A stretch of 64,000 bases of DNA. Source: Candidatus Woesearchaeota archaeon (GTDB taxonomy: Archaea > Nanobdellota > Nanobdellia > Woesearchaeales > UBA11576). This document shows, in pieces, positions 1 through 7,704 of this stretch. Both the position numbers and the translations under genes were made by a program. How positions within the stretch are numbered: the stretch's first letter is position 1; every line of letters begins with the position of its first letter. Location: the NCBI GenBank assembly GCA_018675335.1, contig JABGYH010000007.1, forward strand, positions 468,986 to 532,985. The letters are read 5' to 3'. Under the pieces are notes generated by a model. It searched no databases and had not been told where the DNA came from. It worked only from the letters and a program-made list of their open reading frames with translations.

Positions 1-1
1 T

Positions 2-259
2 ATTGAAAAAGTTAAAAGAGGTTCTTTTGTACCTGGTGGTTCTACAAAAGGCAATGAATATTATTTAATTGTAAAAGAAATGACCAATGATAAACTTAAA
101 GCAATGTCAAAACCAAAAGGATATATCGAATGTGATAAACTTGTTGATCAACTTGCAAACCCTGAGCAAGACGCAAAAGAAACAACCGTTACTACTTCTA
201 CTACCACAACAATTAATTCTGAACCAGGTGGAGTTCGTAATGACGTAATAAACAAATAA
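2..259 (+). CDS. 3' end of a hypothetical protein (85 codons visible, Thr-rich stretch near the C-terminus)
   Basis: Frame is open from the window edge to TAA at 257-259 (IEKVKRGSFVPGG...TTVTTSTTTTINSEPGG...). No recognisable motif. Confidence 0.45.
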   Translation: MEKVKRGSFVPGGSTKGNEYYLIVKEMTNDKLKAMSKPKGYIECDKLVDQLANPEQDAKETTVTTSTTTTINSEPGGVRNDVINK

Positions 260-421
260 TAATTAAGATTATTATTTATTTTTATTAATTAATTTTTGAT
301 TTATATTTAATTTATTTATGTTTATTTTTAACAATATATTTTATCGCTTATAATAATTATTTTATTTATAATAAAATATTTAAATACTATAACATATTAT
401 GATAATTCTGGGTGACTTTAT

Positions 422-3400
422 TTGAAAAAAAGGGGTAATCGAAATATTTATAGATTTCACACTAATAAAAAAGGAAATATTATGCATGAAATGTATTTCT
501 TTATTTTCCAAGTATTTCTAATAGGAGTAGTAACTATCGCCCTTTTTCAATACGTAAATTCAGTTGCAACCGATATGAGTTTTGAAAAAAAATATGCAGC
601 ACTTGATGCAGGACTATTAATGTCAGTTGTGCAAACTGCTCCAGGATTTACCTTTCATAAATTTCAAGCACCCCATTTTGAAGAAATAAATAAAGATGCC
701 AAAGTACAAATGTATTTTCGAGATTCAGTAGTCGTCGTACACGAACTTGAAGAAATACAAGAATTTAAAGGAAAATTTATTCAAGACAGAAGTCTTATGA
801 ATTATTTAAAAAATGCATTATTTAATTTTGAAGAACCAATTTTTTACAAAGCAGGAAACAAAGTATTTGTAAGTGATAATTCTAATCAAAATCTTCATCA
901 ACAATTATGTTCAAACACAAACACAACATTTCCTGAATGGCGTGATGAAAAAACAATTCTTTTAAAAAAATTAGGAAAAGTTCCTGAAGCAAAAGCAATA
1001 GTTTCTGCAGTAATTGATCCTTCTCAAATGCCTTCCACTCTGCCTGGCGCCCCACAACAAATTGCAACAGATAATGAAATAGATCAATTCCTAGCACAAG
1101 AAGCCCAAAAATTAGGAGTTGAGTTTGTTTTTTTTAAAGCACTAACCATAGTTGAAGCAGGAGGTAAGTTTTTCTCAAGTGATGGTCGAATAGTAATTCG
1201 AATGGAGCCACATGTTTTTAATTCAAGACATTTAGGACCTGAGTTTAAAAAAGTTAAACGAGATGATGCAGGAAGTTGGGGAACTAGTACAATTAATGGG
1301 CGAATGATAGGTGGAGTTAGTTGTCAGGGGGGACAAGAAAATGAATACAAATGTTTTGAAAAAGCAATAACTATCAATGAAAAAGCAGCATACTTGTCAA
1401 TTAGTATGGGTGCACCACAAATTATGGGGTTTAATCATAAAACTGCAGGTTATTCTTCTCCTCAAGAAATGTTTAAAGACTTTCAAGCATCGGGACTTAA
1501 TCAAGTTAAAGGATTTATTAAATTTGTAGAAAATTATAGAACTTTACTAAAGTCTGCACAATCAAAAAACTTCGCATCATTTGGGCAAACATATAATGGT
1601 GATACTACTGGAAAATATGCAGCAAAACTTGAAAAAATATATAATCAACAAAAAATAAAATATAGTGGAGGATCAGCAGTTGCAACAAGTACGGGCGGCG
1701 CTAATTCTGTAAGTTCAGGTACTGTTCCAACAAGTGCATTAACAACCTCAATTGTGAATTCTATTTCCACATCTTTTTCTAGTTTTGGAGGAATTACCGG
1801 AATGGCAACGGGAGACACTGAAGAATCTGGTAAAGAAGGAAACGGGGGGAAAAAATTAGAAGATCTTGATCCTAAAGATTATGTATCTCACACAAGTGAA
1901 GATGCTGATAATGGCGAACTTGAGTCAGATTATAGTCATGTAGAATTAACAGAAGAAGATATTGGAGAATCTAGTTTGGTTGGAATGTCATTTGTTGATT
2001 TGAATGGACTGCCAATTGATTGCACTAAAGGATTATATGCAGAACAAACAATCGATACAACTCTTAAAGAAAAAATAGAAGCAAAAGCATTTGGATCAAA
2101 GAAAACACTCAAACAAGAAATAATTGAATCAGCAACAACAAAAGGATTTCATCCTGCAATGCTTGCAACATTTGCACAACTTGAAACAAATCTTGGAAAA
2201 GAAGATACTTGTCAAAAAACATATCAAAAAAGTATGATTACAAAATGTGGTGCAACTTCCCAAAATATTTGTTCAGATGGAACTAACACTGATCGAGCAC
2301 AACTTGATTGTACAATGAATGAAACTGATTTTGCGTATAGAACTGCGATTTCTGGACAAGATTTATTTGGAACTCCAAAATATACAAAATGCGATTATTT
2401 CTTTAAAGATTTAGATCCATTAAAAATTTGGAGTTGTATTTTTTGCTCTATGAAAGATAATAAACTTGCAAAAGAAGCAATAGGCAATTGTCAAAATGAA
2501 GACTTACCTCCTGAACAATGCACTGTTAATTGTGAATATTCCTCGAAGGTTTTATCAGAATATTGTTCTTGGTCAAATTATTTTGGGCCTGAATTTAAAC
2601 TTAATTCTGAAGCACAAGAAGAACAAATTAAAACAAGTACTTTAATTACTGAAGAAGATATAGAAAAAACTCAAGAAGTAACCACTTATTTTGATAAAAT
2701 AATAAAATTATTAACTGATGATTTAAACGCGCGTTATTCTATTAACGAACAAAAACCATCAATACAAATTGGTATTGGAGGACCAGGAGATGGGGAAGTA
2801 GATAAAGCACTTAAAATATTTATTTCTGCTGAATCAAAAGATATAGATTCTAATCGAAAACTTGCTTGTTTAATTATTAATGAACTTATGACTCCTGAAA
2901 GTGAAGTTGAATTCACACAAATAATTCCTGTGGCAACAGCTAAGTTGGGTGCGAATAATCCATTAAAATTTTTAGATTATGCGAGGGACGTTGATTCAAA
3001 TTCTGCAGGCGACCAAATCGACAAATCAAAACTTGTCGGATCAGAATCAAAGGTTGCCGTATTTATTGATTTAGGACGATTTGCACCCTCCGAAGTTCAA
3101 CCACAACAAATAGCATATGCAATTGATAATGCAGTAAGTAGATACTATGGAACAAAGCCCAAATATCAAGTGGATGGTTTTACAATCAAAGCAAAATATG
3201 GATTGCAAGATCAAATTAAATCATCACCTAGTTCTTGTCAACAAGCAAGTTCAAAAAAATTATTTTTACAATATCCTGCTCACCCAGATTACCCAGAGGG
3301 AAGGCAAGGAGAACTTGGCATGGTGTGGTTACCCAAACAAACACTATGTGGAGGATCCTTCCCTCTAATTATTATGCTTCACGGATGGAGAAATTCTGAG

Positions 3401-4861
3401 AAACCAAATGCAAATTTGTATTTAGGTGAAGATAGTACGCATGCATTTGATTTACTTGCGGAAGTTATGATTAATGCAGGCAAGATTCAACCAGTAATAA
3501 TCGCAGCTCCAATGGATGATCCAAAAAATGAACAAGAAATGAACAAACCTTATTGGAAACAAGATGAATATGATGTTACAACACACGTTGAAAAAATAAA
3601 TGAAGTACTTGCGTCAGATAAAATAACAATAAGTAGTGTTAGTGTGCTTGGTCATGGAAGTGCAATATGTGGTGGAGGAGTTAGACGAGCTGTTGAAAAT
3701 ATTCAAAACATAGATTTAAGTTCGAGCGCAGGAGCAGGACCAACAAAAGCAGCATTATATTTAGTTGGATTATTTGATGGTGGGTGTAATCAATTAAATT
3801 ATGCTCAGTTTGTAACCGAATCAATAAGTTCTGATAAAACAATTGTATCTCAGTTTCATAATGGACTTACAACTGGAGATGATAGTAGCGCAGATACATT
3901 AAAAGGAGAAACATCAGACAATTATTTAACACAAACAATTTATTCACAAAATTATCAAGAAGCATATAAAAATAAACTTAAACCTTGGTATACTTACAAA
4001 CTCAAGTTAAAAGATCAAGATATTTCTCACACTAAAGTTCCTGAAATTGGTTTTGCAGAATTACTTCTTGCGCATTTTAGTTTAGGTCAATCAGTTGTAA
4101 CTCCAAAATCAACGCAAACTGCAAGTATTTCACCTAGTCAAGGAACTCCAGGAACTGGAGGGGTGGATTATTCAAAAACAGAACTTCCCAAATTTAGTTC
4201 TTATAGTGAGTTCAAAAAACACTTCGCAAGTTTATCAACAGAACAAAAAATTGGGTTGTGGGGTTTTGGAAAGGCTAGAAAAGAAACAAGATATATAGTA
4301 TTTCATGATGGGGGAGGTTATGCATTAAAAACTCTAATTTGGGATTGGGCTGCAAGATCACAAAAATTAGATTATTTGCCTGAATGTCAAAGCAAACCTG
4401 AACTTTCAATTTGTCAGTCTAGACGAGTATCTTCACATTATCATATTGGATGTGATGGAACACTAACTGCTTTAATTCCAGATCACATAACTGCATTTCA
4501 TGCAGGATGCAATCCATCAAATCCTAGTTGTTATTTTAAAAGTGTAAATTCAAAATCTATAGGAATTGATTTTAGAAATTGTAAGAAATCAGGAGGAAGC
4601 CCATATACTGCAGAACAACATGCAGCAGGAAAACAATTGATGCAAACATTAAGTACTAAATATAATTTACCGTTAGATGATGATCATGTAGTTGCACACT
4701 TTGAAGTTGGGATGCATGGAGATCCATCCAAAGGATTTAATTGGGCTGCAGTAGGACTCACAGATCATAGAACTAATGGTTATTGTTGTAGACATCCAAC
4801 TGAGCAAAATTGTGCAAGGTATGTTTCAAAAGCAGGAGGAAGTAGTTGGTCTTGCGCGTAA
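422..4861 (+). CDS. Membrane-anchored multidomain peptidoglycan hydrolase: N-acetylmuramidase (PF11860/DUF3380-like) plus C-terminal N-acetylmuramoyl-L-alanine amidase (Amidase_2)
   Basis: 1479-codon ORF. GGGTGA at 410-415 lies 6 nt before TTG 422; the alternative start is ATG 482. N-terminal TM helix (FFIFQVFLIGVVTIALF). Residues ~215-410 match the muramidase family by eye (ALTIVEAGG with Glu codon at 1154, SMGAPQIMGFNHKTAGY, FASFGQTYNG). The last ~150 aa show Amidase_2 signatures (YIVFHDGGG; AHFEVGMHGDPSKGFNW, with His/Asp spaced as Zn ligands). A central esterase-like LIIMLHGW...VLGHGSA segment is uncertain. Confidence 0.8.
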   Translation: MKKRGNRNIYRFHTNKKGNIMHEMYFFIFQVFLIGVVTIALFQYVNSVATDMSFEKKYAALDAGLLMSVVQTAPGFTFHKFQAPHFEEINKDAKVQMYFRDSVVVVHELEEIQEFKGKFIQDRSLMNYLKNALFNFEEPIFYKAGNKVFVSDNSNQNLHQQLCSNTNTTFPEWRDEKTILLKKLGKVPEAKAIVSAVIDPSQMPSTLPGAPQQIATDNEIDQFLAQEAQKLGVEFVFFKALTIVEAGGKFFSSDGRIVIRMEPHVFNSRHLGPEFKKVKRDDAGSWGTSTINGRMIGGVSCQGGQENEYKCFEKAITINEKAAYLSISMGAPQIMGFNHKTAGYSSPQEMFKDFQASGLNQVKGFIKFVENYRTLLKSAQSKNFASFGQTYNGDTTGKYAAKLEKIYNQQKIKYSGGSAVATSTGGANSVSSGTVPTSALTTSIVNSISTSFSSFGGITGMATGDTEESGKEGNGGKKLEDLDPKDYVSHTSEDADNGELESDYSHVELTEEDIGESSLVGMSFVDLNGLPIDCTKGLYAEQTIDTTLKEKIEAKAFGSKKTLKQEIIESATTKGFHPAMLATFAQLETNLGKEDTCQKTYQKSMITKCGATSQNICSDGTNTDRAQLDCTMNETDFAYRTAISGQDLFGTPKYTKCDYFFKDLDPLKIWSCIFCSMKDNKLAKEAIGNCQNEDLPPEQCTVNCEYSSKVLSEYCSWSNYFGPEFKLNSEAQEEQIKTSTLITEEDIEKTQEVTTYFDKIIKLLTDDLNARYSINEQKPSIQIGIGGPGDGEVDKALKIFISAESKDIDSNRKLACLIINELMTPESEVEFTQIIPVATAKLGANNPLKFLDYARDVDSNSAGDQIDKSKLVGSESKVAVFIDLGRFAPSEVQPQQIAYAIDNAVSRYYGTKPKYQVDGFTIKAKYGLQDQIKSSPSSCQQASSKKLFLQYPAHPDYPEGRQGELGMVWLPKQTLCGGSFPLIIMLHGWRNSEKPNANLYLGEDSTHAFDLLAEVMINAGKIQPVIIAAPMDDPKNEQEMNKPYWKQDEYDVTTHVEKINEVLASDKITISSVSVLGHGSAICGGGVRRAVENIQNIDLSSSAGAGPTKAALYLVGLFDGGCNQLNYAQFVTESISSDKTIVSQFHNGLTTGDDSSADTLKGETSDNYLTQTIYSQNYQEAYKNKLKPWYTYKLKLKDQDISHTKVPEIGFAELLLAHFSLGQSVVTPKSTQTASISPSQGTPGTGGVDYSKTELPKFSSYSEFKKHFASLSTEQKIGLWGFGKARKETRYIVFHDGGGYALKTLIWDWAARSQKLDYLPECQSKPELSICQSRRVSSHYHIGCDGTLTALIPDHITAFHAGCNPSNPSCYFKSVNSKSIGIDFRNCKKSGGSPYTAEQHAAGKQLMQTLSTKYNLPLDDDHVVAHFEVGMHGDPSKGFNWAAVGLTDHRTNGYCCRHPTEQNCARYVSKAGGSSWSCA

Positions 4862-4910
4862 AAAAATAAATGCAATTTGATAAATAAACCTGATTTGATA
4901 GTGAAAAAAT

Positions 4911-5483
4911 ATGAAGTTAAATTTTCAAACAAAAATCTTGAAGAACAAGAACGCATTAATTACATTTAACATACTTGCAATGATTCCTAGAATAATTTTT
5001 TTAATTCTTGCGATGATTGCAATAGTAATACTTGTAAGATTATTTGTCGTAGGTCAATTAGATATAGATCCTGTAATTGCAGATGTATTTGAACATTCAT
5101 TATTGTATTCTCCAGGAGGGATTTCATTTCATGATCCATTAACTGGAAGAATATATCCTGGAGTAATTGATGGAACTCAATTTGGAATAAACAAACTCGA
5201 TCTTAATAAATCACTTAGTTTAGGCAATAATCGATTAATTGCTGCAAGAATAAATTTAGAAACTTTTGCGCTTGAAGGAAAACCAATTGTTGTAGGATAT
5301 CCTATATTATTTTATAATGAAGATTGGTACTATAACTGGAAACCATTGGCTGATTTGAATAGTAATTTGAAAGGTCTTGGAAAAGCAGATTATCACGTTA
5401 GAACTTTACCTGTTGTAGTTAGAACAGTTCTTGGGCCATATCAAGGGAAATTAACAATAAGAATGATTATTCCTAGAGGCTAA
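4911..5483 (+). CDS. Hypothetical membrane-anchored protein (Lys-rich N-region plus one TM helix)
   Basis: 190-codon ORF starting 50 nt after the upstream stop, on the same strand. N-terminus is KILKNKNALITFNILAMIPRIIFLILAMIAIVILV. No catalytic motif recognised. Confidence 0.6.
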   Translation: MKLNFQTKILKNKNALITFNILAMIPRIIFLILAMIAIVILVRLFVVGQLDIDPVIADVFEHSLLYSPGGISFHDPLTGRIYPGVIDGTQFGINKLDLNKSLSLGNNRLIAARINLETFALEGKPIVVGYPILFYNEDWYYNWKPLADLNSNLKGLGKADYHVRTLPVVVRTVLGPYQGKLTIRMIIPRG

Positions 5484-5531
5484 GAGTGCAATATTATTTT
5501 TTTGATATATTATTTTTTTAAGAGGAATTTT

Positions 5532-6167
5532 ATGAGTTGGAAAAAATCAGTTAATAAGAATAGAAAAAAAATATTGAAAAATAAAAAAGGATTCATAGCA
5601 AGCGCTATAGTTGATTTATACGCATATATCGTATTTGTGTTAGTTGTTTTAGTCTTTTATTTTATTTTCAAATGGAGTGCAGATGCTGACATTGTAAAAT
5701 ATGAAGCTTATACTTTGAATAATCAAGGCAATTATTTGGTTTCAGTATATTTGAAATTGCCTGTTGATGTAGTATCTCAAGATACTCAATTAACAATGGG
5801 TGAATTAATGCTTCTTGCAGAGGGAGATTCTGATAAATATAAACCTGAATTAATATCGCAAACAAATATTTTTTTACAAAAATTTGCAAATAAAGATAGG
5901 TGTTATATCTTTTTTATTGAAACTGCGAATTGGAAACATTTAGATTATCCCACTAAGTGTAATCAATTTTTTTATGCGTATGGGTCAAACCCGAGTGAAT
6001 TGAATAATCGAATAATAAGATTTTTAGATACAAAAAAGTTTCCACACGAACAATATCAAACACTAATTCCTTCATTAAATTATGAGGGTGATGCAATAGA
6101 TGTACGATTTTATTATATTTCAGAAAGCGTATATGATTTTTATGGATTTAAAGATTTAGTAAATTGA
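5532..6167 (+). CDS. Hypothetical membrane-anchored protein with a class III (type IV pilin-like) signal-peptide-like N-terminus
   Basis: ATG 5532 is preceded by AGAGGA; the ORF-track TTG 5502 has no SD. N-terminus is KNKKGFIASAIVDLYAYIVFVLVVLVF, i.e. K-G-F-I-A-S followed by a hydrophobic helix. Confidence 0.6.
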   Translation: MSWKKSVNKNRKKILKNKKGFIASAIVDLYAYIVFVLVVLVFYFIFKWSADADIVKYEAYTLNNQGNYLVSVYLKLPVDVVSQDTQLTMGELMLLAEGDSDKYKPELISQTNIFLQKFANKDRCYIFFIETANWKHLDYPTKCNQFFYAYGSNPSELNNRIIRFLDTKKFPHEQYQTLIPSLNYEGDAIDVRFYYISESVYDFYGFKDLVN

Positions 6168-6215
6168 ATTAAATGAATTAATTGTTTTAAAAAAATAAAA
6201 TAATTGTGTTAAAGA

Positions 6216-7694
6216 ATGAACAAATCAATTTTAAATAAGTTTTTTAAAAATAAGTTTTTAAGAAATAAACGAGGGATGTTGTTTAACATACTTTTAGTAA
6301 TAGTTACAGTAGTTATTCTTAGCAATGCTTTTGTTCAATTAACACACAAAAAAGAATTTAGAGACTATAATATTGGCGAACAACAAATGAAACAAATTCA
6401 AAAAATTCAAGCAGGAGAAAAGGCAGCATTATGTATTGACTTAGCATCAATTGTTGGAGTAAATCAAGCATTGTTTAAATTACAAGAAAAAGGTGGAACT
6501 AGTGGTGACTGCGGAGAATATTATGGATTTAATTTATGGCATGATAAAAAAGGAAAAGATTGTAGTCCAACAGATAAAGGTGTTAAGGAAGGAATGAAAA
6601 AACATTTCAAAGAAGTTTTTGAAAAATATTATTATTTTTGTCCAGGAGATTTTGTAAGGCAATTTGTAACAACTACTGAAATAAATGATATTAACTCACA
6701 AGCAACAGCATTAGGTGCGGGCACGCCTACAAGTCAAACTGCATCTGCTAATACTGTGCAACAACCATTAAGTCTTAGTGGCGGACTAAGATTTTCAGTA
6801 ATATCTGATGTTCATTTGCCAGGTGGAAAAAAATCTTTGGATGCAGCATTTAATTCAATGAAAAACTTAAATCCCAAACCCAATCTGGTTTGGATAACTG
6901 GAGATTTAACAAACTGTAATAATCATCCATCTAGTGGAGATAAAGACTTTGCATCAATTAAAGAATCAATGCAAATATTAGAATCTCAAGGGATACCTGT
7001 TTTTGTAGTTCCTGGAAATCATGATTTACATGAAAAATCCGGAAAATGCAGGCAACTTTATACTCAAACTTTTGCACAATTCCCAACACAATTATCTGTT
7101 CAAAACCAAGATATTTCAAAACAGCCTTTTTATTATTCATTTGATTTCCAAAATTCACATTTTATAGGGTTAAACATTGCTTCAAATAGTTTTTCAGAAG
7201 AACAAGCACAATGGGTTACAAGTGATATGCAAAAAGCAAAAACTCGAGGCGCACAACATGTTTTTGTATTTTTTCATGTACCTCCTGCAAATCCAATAAA
7301 TCAAAATAGTGGTTTTTCAAAAGCAGGAAGAAAAGGTGTTGTGTATAAAGGCAGTTCAAAAAACTTTATGCAAATATTTTCAAAATTCAATGCAGTGATA
7401 TTTGTTGGACATTTACACGTAAATTATTTAACAAAATATAAAGGAGTAAATATTGTTTATTCAGGAACTTCTTCAAATGATAGAGGAAATAATATTATTA
7501 ATGTTAAAGGAAGAAGACCACCCAAATCATTTTATGTAGTTGATGTTTTAAATGATCAAACATCATTTAGTATTCCGAGTGGAAATAATTTTGATACTCC
7601 ATTTGATACTACTAAACATTGGTTGCCATTACCTGAAAGAACAGATTATGCTTTTGAAAAATTTGATTATGGGAGTGCGCCACTAGTTGGCTGA
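6216..7694 (+). CDS. Membrane-anchored calcineurin-like metallophosphoesterase
   Basis: All five metallophosphoesterase motifs are readable: VISDVHLPGG, ITGDLTN, VVPGNHDL, FFHVPP, VGHLHVN. N-terminus is RNKRGMLFNILLVIVTVVIL. Confidence 0.8.
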   Translation: MNKSILNKFFKNKFLRNKRGMLFNILLVIVTVVILSNAFVQLTHKKEFRDYNIGEQQMKQIQKIQAGEKAALCIDLASIVGVNQALFKLQEKGGTSGDCGEYYGFNLWHDKKGKDCSPTDKGVKEGMKKHFKEVFEKYYYFCPGDFVRQFVTTTEINDINSQATALGAGTPTSQTASANTVQQPLSLSGGLRFSVISDVHLPGGKKSLDAAFNSMKNLNPKPNLVWITGDLTNCNNHPSSGDKDFASIKESMQILESQGIPVFVVPGNHDLHEKSGKCRQLYTQTFAQFPTQLSVQNQDISKQPFYYSFDFQNSHFIGLNIASNSFSEEQAQWVTSDMQKAKTRGAQHVFVFFHVPPANPINQNSGFSKAGRKGVVYKGSSKNFMQIFSKFNAVIFVGHLHVNYLTKYKGVNIVYSGTSSNDRGNNIINVKGRRPPKSFYVVDVLNDQTSFSIPSGNNFDTPFDTTKHWLPLPERTDYAFEKFDYGSAPLVG

Positions 7695-7704
7695 ATAGTT
7701 TAAA

